From the NCBI GenBank assembly GCA_964571975.1, contig CAZNEJ010000001.1:29639-80778 (forward strand): DNA of 51,140 nucleotides, given 5' to 3'. This DNA is from an uncultured Sulfurovum sp. GTDB taxonomy: Bacteria; Campylobacterota; Campylobacteria; Campylobacterales; Sulfurovaceae. The position numbers were made by a program, and so were the translations under genes. How positions within the stretch are numbered: the stretch's first letter is position 1; every line of letters starts with the position of its first letter. The notes below the pieces were generated by a model. The model did not search any database. It was not told where the DNA came from and worked only from the letters and a program-made list of their open reading frames with translations. Of the stretch, positions 9,726 to 17,792 are shown in pieces.

Positions 9726-10418
9726 TTACTGTATGAGAGGTATTTCAAGATTGATACTCTTGTCTTTCAATAAGCATTTTATTTGGCTTTTGGCTGCTAG
9801 ATTGCGTATGTCATTGTCTGTATCGGAGTATCTGCTGTTTGCAAAGATGTAGAGTTTTGCTATGGCTACTTTTTGTTCCTCTATGATGATTTGTTGCCCT
9901 ATATTGTACTTCAAGGTAATATCTATAGCATCAGATGCTCTAAAGGAATCGAGGGTTTTTCTTAAGAGTTTTGAAAAGTTATTTTGGTCTATTTTGAAAG
10001 GTGGTAAATCTTGATCAGTTAAAAGTCTTAACGGACTTGTATTTTTTGTTTTAAAAAGTGCTATATTGGCTTCTAATAATATATTTATATCTGTGATACT
10101 GAGTTTATCTGTTTCTAATTTATGCTTAGGTTTGATACGTGGTGCATTGTATAGACGAAGTGAAATTTCATCATCGTTCTCGTATCCTACAGTGATAGCA
10201 TAAAACATAAATGAGTCATAGTTTAACGAAAGGGTAGTTGTTCTATGTCCAAAGCTTGCAGGGGCATAAGATAGAGTAATGTCATAAAGTTCTTTTTTGG
10301 AAACGTATCCAAAAAGTATTTCAGCTGCATTATTGAGGTATGCGATACGTCCTTGATTACTAAATAGTACAAAAGGACTGTTATCCCACTCTACAAAAGA
10401 TTCAAAGTCAATAGCCAC
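9726..10418 (-). CDS. PAS-domain protein with degenerate HATPase-like C-terminus (NtrB-like pseudo-kinase)
   Basis: PAS-like LFSNQGRIAYLNNAAEILFG; DQDLPPFKIDQNNFSKLLRK resembles the start of HATPase_c with the N-box lost; no H-box. GTG start with AGGAAG RBS. Confidence 0.6.
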   Translation of the reverse strand: MAIDFESFVEWDNSPFVLFSNQGRIAYLNNAAEILFGYVSKKELYDITLSYAPASFGHRTTTLSLNYDSFMFYAITVGYENDDEISLRLYNAPRIKPKHKLETDKLSITDINILLEANIALFKTKNTSPLRLLTDQDLPPFKIDQNNFSKLLRKTLDSFRASDAIDITLKYNIGQQIIIEEQKVAIAKLYIFANSRYSDTDNDIRNLAAKSQIKCLLKDKSINLEIPLIQ

Positions 10419-10426
10419 ATTTCTTC

Positions 10427-11161
10427 CTAATCAATATGATGTTCATGTATTTTTTTTCTCAAGGTATTTCGGTTTATGCCCAAGATATGGGAAAGTTGTA
10501 GTTGTGAGCCAAATTTTTTCAGACCAGCTTTTATAAGAGGTTTTTCATAGAGGGGAAGGTGTCTTCTGTAGGCATCATTGCCATCTAGGTTTGTGTGTAG
10601 GTATCTGTAAAGTATGTCTTCTATATCTTTGGCTTGCACAGACTGCTTCATAAGATGCAAAAAGATAGATTTTTTAAGACTCTTTGAGTTTTTTTTAAGA
10701 TTCAATATGAGGTCATCCATGTTAATGTCTTGAACTTCTAGCATTAAAACATCTGCAGCTTCTTTGATAAATTTTTCTTTTAAGTAGTGCATGTCTCCTG
10801 GACGTTCATCTAATGTTGGCATCGTATATATAAATGCAAAAAGGTCATCTATGAGTGTTTGGTTACCCATATAGTTTGCTGTGGCAATTATGCGTTTATT
10901 TGAAAAATCAAGCATGCTTTGATTGGTAAGTTTTTCAAAATCTGTGATAATGAGTTCAGTATACTGTTTAAGTGCTGCTTTTACTTCTTTGATATTTTCC
11001 CCAGACACTTGAGGTGCATTTGGAAAAATATATCGTGCTAAAGATTTTTTACCAGAGTGTGGATCGCCGACAATTATGGATGAAACAAAAAGTGTTTTTG
11101 TCAGATTGAAACTTTTGATGATATGCTGCACTTTGTCTGATGTGGTGAAAAATGTTTCCAT
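10427..11161 (-). CDS. Fis-family HTH regulator with degenerate sigma54-activator AAA+ domain (NtrC-like, no receiver domain)
   Basis: Walker A-like GDPHSGKK, RIIATAN and MPTLDERPGD (bEBP remnants); C-terminal EKPLIKAGL...LGINRNTLRKKI Fis/NtrC HTH. Confidence 0.8.
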   Translation of the reverse strand: METFFTTSDKVQHIIKSFNLTKTLFVSSIIVGDPHSGKKSLARYIFPNAPQVSGENIKEVKAALKQYTELIITDFEKLTNQSMLDFSNKRIIATANYMGNQTLIDDLFAFIYTMPTLDERPGDMHYLKEKFIKEAADVLMLEVQDINMDDLILNLKKNSKSLKKSIFLHLMKQSVQAKDIEDILYRYLHTNLDGNDAYRRHLPLYEKPLIKAGLKKFGSQLQLSHILGINRNTLRKKIHEHHID

Positions 11162-11176
11162 GATACTCTTTTAATG

Positions 11177-11193
11177 TGATTAATAATTAATCA
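11177..11193. promoter_or_regulatory. 8-1-8 palindrome TGATTAAT-A-ATTAATCA overlapping the predicted -10/TSS of the Fis-HTH regulator
   Basis: Perfect inverted repeat; overlaps the minus-strand extended -10 TGCTATGAT (hexamer 11190-11195). Confidence 0.6.
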
Positions 11194-11272
11194 TAGCATA
11201 GTTTTACACAATACTTGATAGAATAAAATATAGTGAACCTCCAATAATATACAAAGGGATTTTATCAAAAAG

Positions 11273-12154
11273 TTGTTTCAAAAGTTTTATAAGCATTTTT
11301 CTTATTTATCGCTAGAAGATACTGTTGAGTATTTTTCTATTTTGGGTGGTATTGGAAAAGATGTTGAATTTGATTACTTTGAAGATGTTTCTTCTATGCT
11401 AGAGTCTAATTTTGTAAAAGATTTTACTAAGTTTGAAACGCTTATTTCTCCATCCTATTTGCTTGACACACCTTACTTGGAGTTACTTGTAGTAGTAGCA
11501 GGTGGCGATGGCAAATTGTATTCTGCATTGCGAAAAGCAAAACTAAGCGAGGGTGCAGGAGAAAAGATAGTAGATGAACTTATTGCTTTGAATGTTTTAA
11601 AAGTTGAATATTCAAGAGAATCACCTTTGCGAATGCACCCTAGCCATAAACTTCCAAAAGACAAACGCAGCTACCGCATACAAGATAAGCTTCGTTTCGT
11701 ACAGCCATTTATGCGTTTTTGGTTTGGTTTTGTAAGCTATTATAGAAACGAGTTGCTCCTTGGCATGGGTGAGAACTTTTTAGAAAACTTTAGACAGCAC
11801 TATGAGCGTTTGCGTTCTTTGGTCTATGAACAACTTTGTGATGATTTACTGTTGAAATATTATGAAGACAAAGAGAAAATACTCTCTTCAGGGTCCTATT
11901 GGAACGTATATAGCGAGTTTGATATACTAACAATCACTAAAAGCAAAAAAGTTATATTAGGAGAATGCAAATATAAAGACCGTACAGTCTGTAAAAACGA
12001 ACTTACAAAGCTCAAACAAAAAGCAGCAGAGTCAGGTATAAAAGTAGATGTCTATGCACTCTTTTCAAAGTCTGGATTCTCTAAAGAGTTGCTAGGCATG
12101 AGAGATGAAAAGTTATTACTTTTTAATTTAGATGATTTGAAAATATTTCTGTAG
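11273..12154 (+). CDS. DUF234-domain protein (wHTH plus PD-(D/E)xK-like C-terminus), paralog 1
   Basis: YFSILGG, PFMRFWFGFV, YEQLC, GSYW...EFDIL...GECKY and FSKSGFS. Start uncertain (TTG; frame is open back to 11237). Confidence 0.8.
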   Translation: MFQKFYKHFSYLSLEDTVEYFSILGGIGKDVEFDYFEDVSSMLESNFVKDFTKFETLISPSYLLDTPYLELLVVVAGGDGKLYSALRKAKLSEGAGEKIVDELIALNVLKVEYSRESPLRMHPSHKLPKDKRSYRIQDKLRFVQPFMRFWFGFVSYYRNELLLGMGENFLENFRQHYERLRSLVYEQLCDDLLLKYYEDKEKILSSGSYWNVYSEFDILTITKSKKVILGECKYKDRTVCKNELTKLKQKAAESGIKVDVYALFSKSGFSKELLGMRDEKLLLFNLDDLKIFL

Positions 12155-12217
12155 GGTCGGTTTACCGACCATTTATTGTAATTAATTTTTATATGGAGGT
12201 CGATAAATCGACCCTAC
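12151..12217. repeat. GTAG-type REP pair (REPIN-like): two inverted 20-nt REPs with a 27-nt AT-rich spacer
   Basis: GTAGGGTCGGTTTACCGACC (12151-12170) and, on the minus strand, GTAGGGTCGATTTATCGACC (12198-12217); each is GTAG plus a short palindrome. Confidence 0.85.
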
Positions 12218-12219
12218 GG

Positions 12220-14532
12220 TTAATGAGAATATTGTATTTTTTCTTCTATCAGCACTTCATCTTCATACACCTTCACCCCTTCCAAATACCCAGCTATCTC
12301 AGGTACTTCATACGCTATGCCCTCTGGTACTGCTTCAGAGTGAAGTTGCACAGCACACTGTTTATAGTTTGGTTCAAAAGACTTAGGGTCAAACTCTGGT
12401 ATGGTGATGTTGTTTATAAGTTGTTCGTTAAAATGAAAAGGCACAAATACAGAACCCTCTCGCACCGTCTGCGTGACTTTTACTATGACATCTTCTACGC
12501 GACCTCTTGTGCCAGAAAGAGCTATGCGGTCTCCGTCTTTTACTTGTAGCTTGAGAGCATCTTTGGGGCTTAAATCTACCCATGCTTCAGGGGCTAAGTC
12601 GTTGAGTATGCCTATGTTTCCTGTTTTTGTGCGTGTATGCCATTGTTCTACAGTTCTTCCTGTATTTAAAATAAGTGGAAAACCTTCACAAGCCATCTCG
12701 CTAAGAGGTTTCCAGTCTACTGGCAATAGATTTGCTTTTCCATCAGCTGTTCTACAGGGCATATCTGGAGTGTATAGACGTTTAGTTCCCTCAGGTGCTT
12801 TTTCATTGCAGGGCCACTGTATGCCTCCGAGTTGTTCTATCTTTTCATAGCTCATTTCAGAGTAGTCACAAAGCTGTCCTTTGCTTACACGTTTTACTTC
12901 ATTGAAAACATCACGTGGAGTCTTTAGGTCTTTAAAAAGCAGTTCATGCTTGTCGTCAAAGTATTTTGAAAACTCTAGTACTATGTCTAGGTCTGCTAGA
13001 CTATCTCCCAAGGGTTCTACAGCTTTTTTAGCATAATTACAACGGCGTTCAGAATTGGTATAGCATCCTTCTTTTTCGCTCCATGTAGCAGCTGCAAATA
13101 CTACGTCAGCTATCACGGCTGTGTCAGACATAAAGGCATCTTGTACCACGAGTATGTCTAGTTTTTTTAGAGCTTCTCTAAGAGCATTTTGGTCAGGGTA
13201 AGAGACTAGGGGGTTAGTGGCTACTACCCAAAGAGCTTTTATCTCCCCTCTATTTATGGCATCTATGATTTGAGGGTAGGCATATCCACGCTTGCTAGGC
13301 ACTAAATCTACAGGCACATTTACGATATCAGCAAAAGCTTGTCTATCTGAAACCGAGGCATAGTTTCTGTATCCTGGTATGGAAGAGGTAAATCCAAACT
13401 CACGTGTACCCATAGCATTACATTGCCCTGTGATAGACATAGGTGTAGCACCCTCACGTCCTACATTGCCCGTGATGAGTGCTAGGTTACAGATAGCAGA
13501 GACTGTGTCTGTACCTATACTGCTTTGATTTACTCCCATCGTCCATGCAGACATCACTGCATTTGCTTGTGAATAGATTTTTGCTAGTTTATAAAGTTCT
13601 TTTACGTCTATGCCCGTAATTTGAGCTACCTCTTGTGGAGGATAGTTGGATAGTATGTGCTTTTTAAATGCTACATACCCGTTTGTCCGTTCACGTATAA
13701 ACTGTTCATCTTCCCAGCCTTGTTCGAAGATGATGTAACACAGTCCATTGATGAGGGCTAAATCAGAACGAGGGTTAAGAGGCACAAAAATGTCAGCCAT
13801 TTGAGAAGTTTTAGACACACGGGGGTCAACTACTATGATAGTAGGTTTTTTGCCTGTTACGGATTCATTTTTGGCGATGTGTAGCTTCAAGATAGGGTGA
13901 TTGTCAGAGATGTTTGCCCCTATGAGCATGATGACATCTGCCTTTTCAAAGTCTTCATAGCATCCCGTTGGACCATCGCTTCCAAAGGTCTGCTTGTAGC
14001 CCATAACAGCTGAAGCCATACAAAGTGTGGTGTTGCCATCATAGTTGTTCGTCTCAAGACCTAGCTGTACGAATTTACCAAGAGCGTAAAAGTCTTCGGT
14101 GAGTAACTGCCCAGTAGAAAGTACAGCTACAGCTCCTTTTCCATGTTCGGCTTGTATGCGTTTAAACTCATCAGAGGTGTGCTTAAAAGTCTCTTCCCAC
14201 GAGCTAGGAGTAAGCTCTCCATTTGTTCTTAGAAGCGGTGCTTGCACACGTGAATCAGAGTAAACCATCTTATGTTCACTTAGTCCCTTAGGGCAGAGCG
14301 TACCGAAGTTCACAGAGTGCAGAGGGTCGCCTTTAGAATACACAGCTTTACCCTCTTTTACTCCTATGTACATCCCGCAGCCTACACCACAGTATCCACA
14401 GGTAGAACGTACCCATTTGTCAGGGGCATATTCTTTTGCTACCTTCCCAAAGATGGGGTCATCTACAAGGGCATACTTGTCTTCTTTGATGTCCAAGCCT
14501 AAGAAATCTTTTGCCTTTTGAAGGAGGCTCAT
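12220..14532 (-). CDS. narB: Cytoplasmic assimilatory nitrate reductase catalytic subunit (NarB/NasA, Mo-bisPGD)
   Basis: STCGYCGVGC...LCPKG [4Fe-4S] motif, Mo-ligand TTLCMASA, GQCNAMG, TNSERR, LNTGR...WHTRTKT, DPKSFEPNYK; no Tat signal. Confidence 0.9.
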   Translation of the reverse strand: MSLLQKAKDFLGLDIKEDKYALVDDPIFGKVAKEYAPDKWVRSTCGYCGVGCGMYIGVKEGKAVYSKGDPLHSVNFGTLCPKGLSEHKMVYSDSRVQAPLLRTNGELTPSSWEETFKHTSDEFKRIQAEHGKGAVAVLSTGQLLTEDFYALGKFVQLGLETNNYDGNTTLCMASAVMGYKQTFGSDGPTGCYEDFEKADVIMLIGANISDNHPILKLHIAKNESVTGKKPTIIVVDPRVSKTSQMADIFVPLNPRSDLALINGLCYIIFEQGWEDEQFIRERTNGYVAFKKHILSNYPPQEVAQITGIDVKELYKLAKIYSQANAVMSAWTMGVNQSSIGTDTVSAICNLALITGNVGREGATPMSITGQCNAMGTREFGFTSSIPGYRNYASVSDRQAFADIVNVPVDLVPSKRGYAYPQIIDAINRGEIKALWVVATNPLVSYPDQNALREALKKLDILVVQDAFMSDTAVIADVVFAAATWSEKEGCYTNSERRCNYAKKAVEPLGDSLADLDIVLEFSKYFDDKHELLFKDLKTPRDVFNEVKRVSKGQLCDYSEMSYEKIEQLGGIQWPCNEKAPEGTKRLYTPDMPCRTADGKANLLPVDWKPLSEMACEGFPLILNTGRTVEQWHTRTKTGNIGILNDLAPEAWVDLSPKDALKLQVKDGDRIALSGTRGRVEDVIVKVTQTVREGSVFVPFHFNEQLINNITIPEFDPKSFEPNYKQCAVQLHSEAVPEGIAYEVPEIAGYLEGVKVYEDEVLIEEKIQYSH

Positions 14533-14564
14533 TATTTAACCTTTTATGTATTTTAATTTTCATC

Positions 14565-14570
14565 ATTATA
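14565..14570 (-). promoter_or_regulatory. Predicted -10 box (TATAAT) of narB
   Basis: Consensus TATAAT on the minus strand, 32 nt upstream of the ATG. Confidence 0.55.
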
Positions 14571-14601
14571 CTAAAATTTAGTACAATTAATAACTAAGGG
14601 C

Positions 14602-14618
14602 TGTTTATATTATAAGCA
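14602..14618. promoter_or_regulatory. Fis/NtrC-type operator box upstream of narB (TGTTTATATTATAAGCA)
   Basis: Fits TGNTTA-W5-TARNCA; 31 bp from the narB -10, the same spacing as at amtB. Confidence 0.6.
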
Positions 14619-14703
14619 GAGTTAACTTAGGTTATCTTTGATAATAATAATTATTTTAAGTTATGTGATGTATAATCAATATATCAAAATATTAGGAGTT
14701 AAA

Positions 14704-15303
14704 ATGTTAATCAAAACAGACGAATCAAACAGTATGCAAATGTATCAATACCTATCGAGTGCAGTGCAACCAAGACCTCTTGCCTTTGTGGGAACTACCG
14801 GTGCTGATGGGGTAAATAACTTAGCACCATTTTCTTTATTTGGCATAGTAAGTACCAATCCTGCGATGATTTCTATCACAGTCTTAAGTAAAATGACTGG
14901 AGGAGAAAAAGATACCCTAGTGAACATCAAAGAAAATCAGGTTTTTTCTGTGTCCGTAGTGAGTGCTGACCTTATAAAGAAAATCATACCAACAGGCATG
15001 GAACACCCACCTTCTGTCGATGAATTTGAACTAGCAGGACTTACAGCTAAAAAGTGTGAAAGCATAGATTGTGTACGCGTTGGCGAATCTAAAATAGTCT
15101 TAGAATGTAAACTTCGTGAAGTCATTAACTATGGCGAAGAGGGCAAATGTGATTCTGTGATTATGGCAGATGTACAGGCTATCAATATAGACGATTCACT
15201 TATGAATGGTCCACAAGTAGATGTCAATAAACTTGATGCCATTGGGCATATAATGGGACCATTATTTGTAACAACAAGAGATAAAATCTCACCTATGGGA
15301 TAA
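14704..15303 (+). CDS. Flavin reductase-like (DIM6/NTAB) FMN-binding protein
   Basis: PRPLAFVGT, NLAPFS.F, KDTLVNI, VDEFELAGLT, LECKL. Start moved to ATG 14704 after AGGAG. Confidence 0.88.
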   Translation: MLIKTDESNSMQMYQYLSSAVQPRPLAFVGTTGADGVNNLAPFSLFGIVSTNPAMISITVLSKMTGGEKDTLVNIKENQVFSVSVVSADLIKKIIPTGMEHPPSVDEFELAGLTAKKCESIDCVRVGESKIVLECKLREVINYGEEGKCDSVIMADVQAINIDDSLMNGPQVDVNKLDAIGHIMGPLFVTTRDKISPMG

Positions 15304-15305
15304 AA

Positions 15306-15326
15306 GGGAACCAGAAATGGTTGCCC
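15306..15326. terminator. Hairpin between convergent flavin reductase gene and sorB
   Basis: GGGAACCA-GAAA-TGGTTGCCC: GNRA loop with one bulge. Confidence 0.55.
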
Positions 15327-15352
15327 CAAATATACAAATATAGAAAATTAAA

Positions 15353-15655
15353 TTATTTGCCATTTCCGTAATGTTTGACTAGGTAGTTTTCTATTATTTT
15401 TGCATCTTCATCTGAAATGGGTGCTTTAAATGCGACAATCATCTTTCTGATGACCCCTTGCCAGTGTTTTTTACTTTGAGGTCCTTGGTTTATGATGTAT
15501 CCAAATGAATGACACATCAAACATTGACCTTGTACGGTGTCAAATTCTTTTCCCATTTTGATGGGAAACTCAATATAAGGAACTTCTATCTTTCCTTTTG
15601 TCTGTGCCAATAATGGAGTGAGTGACAAAAGAGCTATCAAAATTATTTTTTTCAT
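15353..15655 (-). CDS. sorB: Sulfite:cytochrome c oxidoreductase subunit B (monoheme cytochrome c)
   Basis: Signal peptide, CLMCH heme motif, W...IRKM...FKAPI; directly downstream of sorA. Confidence 0.88.
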   Translation of the reverse strand: MKKIILIALLSLTPLLAQTKGKIEVPYIEFPIKMGKEFDTVQGQCLMCHSFGYIINQGPQSKKHWQGVIRKMIVAFKAPISDEDAKIIENYLVKHYGNGK

Positions 15656-15669
15656 TTATTTTCCTTAAT

Positions 15670-16875
15670 CTATACTATTTTTACTTTTACTTCATCTATA
15701 CCATTGAACTTGTATCCACCATGATTCCACTTGATGTCTTTAGGTAGAGGTTGCTCTTCTCCTAGGTTATTGATGGCTTTTGCCATAAAGGTCATTTCTC
15801 CGTATTGGTTTGGTTTATAGGAAAATCTAAATGCTCTATAGGCATAGCGTCCCAATGTTCCAGCATCAAGAAGTGATTTTTCCCAAGTTTTGCCACCGTC
15901 TACTGAAACCATGACATCTTTTATGCCATGACCACTATCCCATGCTAGCCCACGTACAACCACGTGAGAATTATGACTTAGCGTCATTCCTGGTGTTGGA
16001 TAACCTATGATTGACTTTACATTCATTTTAGTGATAGGTTTTGTCTTTTTAAATCTATTGTCAGGTTCTTCACATTCGCAGTCGTTATCGGGTATGCGAT
16101 AAGCTACATTCATGAAGAAAAGACCTTGGTATTCTTTGGAGACAGTGATGTTTGTTAGCATCTTTATCCATGAATCAGAATAATTTCCAGGGATAATAAG
16201 TCTTAAGGGATAACCATTTAGGAAAGGCAAGGCTTCACCATTCATCTCGTAAGCCAAGATAACATGGTCGTTTAGTTCTTTAATTTCCAATTCACGTATG
16301 AAATTTGGTGTTTCGTGGTAGGCTACTTCTTCGCCCCCATTAAACCCTATCCATGCCGCATCTTTTTTTAGCCCTGCTCGGTCCAAAATATCACTTAAGC
16401 GAACACCTTTCCATGTGGCACAACCCATTGCACCATTGCCCCATTGAATCCCACCAGGCGTTGGCGTAAAGGCTGAACGACTGTTGCCTCCACACTGTAA
16501 AACAGCAGTTACTTCTACTTGTTCAAAGTTTGTTTTTAAGTCATCAAGAGTAATATGCAACTCTTTTTTGACCAAACCATTGATATGAACTTTATAAGTA
16601 TCTTTGTCTACACTAGTAGGGATATTTGGCATGTGCCATCTTACGAAAAATTGGTCGTTGGGCGTTAAAACTGAAGTAAATACCTCTCTAGGAGTTTCCA
16701 ATAGGGGAGGTCTGTCTGAGTAGGTTATAAGTGGACGTTTTTCTGGAAAAGTATGTTTAGATACTTTACGATTGTCAATAGGCTGTCCTGTTATCCCTGC
16801 TTCAGAACTGCTAACGCCTAAGCCTACAGCACCTACGGATAAAGCTGCATTTTTAAAAAATTCTCTTCTTTTCAT
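15670..16875 (-). CDS. sorA: Sulfite:cytochrome c oxidoreductase molybdopterin subunit A
   Basis: Tat signal KRREFFK; FFVRWH, Mo-ligand LQCGGNSR, LAYEMNGE.LP.LNGYPLRL and WNHGGY of the sulfite oxidase family. Confidence 0.92.
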   Translation of the reverse strand: MKRREFFKNAALSVGAVGLGVSSSEAGITGQPIDNRKVSKHTFPEKRPLITYSDRPPLLETPREVFTSVLTPNDQFFVRWHMPNIPTSVDKDTYKVHINGLVKKELHITLDDLKTNFEQVEVTAVLQCGGNSRSAFTPTPGGIQWGNGAMGCATWKGVRLSDILDRAGLKKDAAWIGFNGGEEVAYHETPNFIRELEIKELNDHVILAYEMNGEALPFLNGYPLRLIIPGNYSDSWIKMLTNITVSKEYQGLFFMNVAYRIPDNDCECEEPDNRFKKTKPITKMNVKSIIGYPTPGMTLSHNSHVVVRGLAWDSGHGIKDVMVSVDGGKTWEKSLLDAGTLGRYAYRAFRFSYKPNQYGEMTFMAKAINNLGEEQPLPKDIKWNHGGYKFNGIDEVKVKIV

Positions 16876-17123
16876 AAATATACCTTATTTTTTAATTAAA
16901 AATTATTGACTGGATCTGCTTTTGAATTTTAGATGTCCCATGAAGTCAGATTTGCAATAAGTCTTTCAATGCATTATAAATATTATAAGTTCTTCTCATG
17001 CAAAAAGGACATGAAGATTGTATCTAGTTTGACTAAAATTTGCCTAAATAAAGACCAATATTAAATATATTTGTATAGATTAAAAGATTCTACTCATGTA
17101 TCGTTTGATATATATAGTGGAGC

Positions 17124-17696
17124 CTATATGTTTGCAGACAAAGCCAATAATCTACAAGAATTTTCTAAGATAGAAATCTTTTTTGCCATTTCTTTGATGT
17201 CTCTGTCGTAAGAGATGACACCAAAACCTTTGATGAGAAGTAGTTGGGCATCGTGTTTTTGGAAAAATTGTGGCACTTCGTAGGGAGCACGTTCTAGCCA
17301 GTCGTCTATGTTTTTTGGGTCATAAACTATGACATCACCTAAGATTTTCTTGCCATAGAAGTCTGGTGGAGACACTTTGCCGTGCTTGAGCGAGAAGGCA
17401 GTAGCATAGGGTGGCATGGTGTAGCATATGTATTTGGCACTAGGTATGGTTTCGTATATATTTTCATGTATATGCACATCTGCATTGGCAAGGTTCCATC
17501 TATAATCTCGTTTTTGACAATTGAGTCTAACAAGAGATTCTTTGGTCACTTCATCTAAGATGGTGTCTTTGGAGTTGATGATAAATTCTCCCGCATTGGT
17601 ACGTGCAGAGATAGAGCCATGGTACACTGAAAAAAAGTTTTTATTAAAGAGAGAAAGTGAAATGTGCTTAATGTCATCTATTAGATGCTTGTCCAA
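17124..17696 (-). CDS. Class II aldolase/adducin N-terminal domain protein
   Basis: HGSISAR, IHENIY...AKYI and LLLIKGFG. The canonical HxH metal site appears replaced (YTMPPY). Confidence 0.75.
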   Translation of the reverse strand: MDKHLIDDIKHISLSLFNKNFFSVYHGSISARTNAGEFIINSKDTILDEVTKESLVRLNCQKRDYRWNLANADVHIHENIYETIPSAKYICYTMPPYATAFSLKHGKVSPPDFYGKKILGDVIVYDPKNIDDWLERAPYEVPQFFQKHDAQLLLIKGFGVISYDRDIKEMAKKISILENSCRLLALSANI

Positions 17697-17746
17697 ACTG
17701 AAACCTTCATTATATTATTTGGGAATATTTTGATATTATAACGATT

Positions 17747-17774
17747 AAATTAGTAATTAGTAATTAGAAATTAA
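17747..17774. repeat. Heptamer tandem repeat (WAATTAG) x4 upstream of rsmH
   Basis: AAATTAG TAATTAG TAATTAG AAATTAA. Confidence 0.7.
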
Positions 17775-17792
17775 AAATAGCAAGGAAAGTTT

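Noticed and set aside
17030-17057. Partial matches to the nitrogen box upstream of sorA (TGACTAAAATTTGCCTA, TGCCTAAATAAAGACCA)
   Set aside because: Only one half-site matches in each, and the 31-bp spacing to a -10 is not met.
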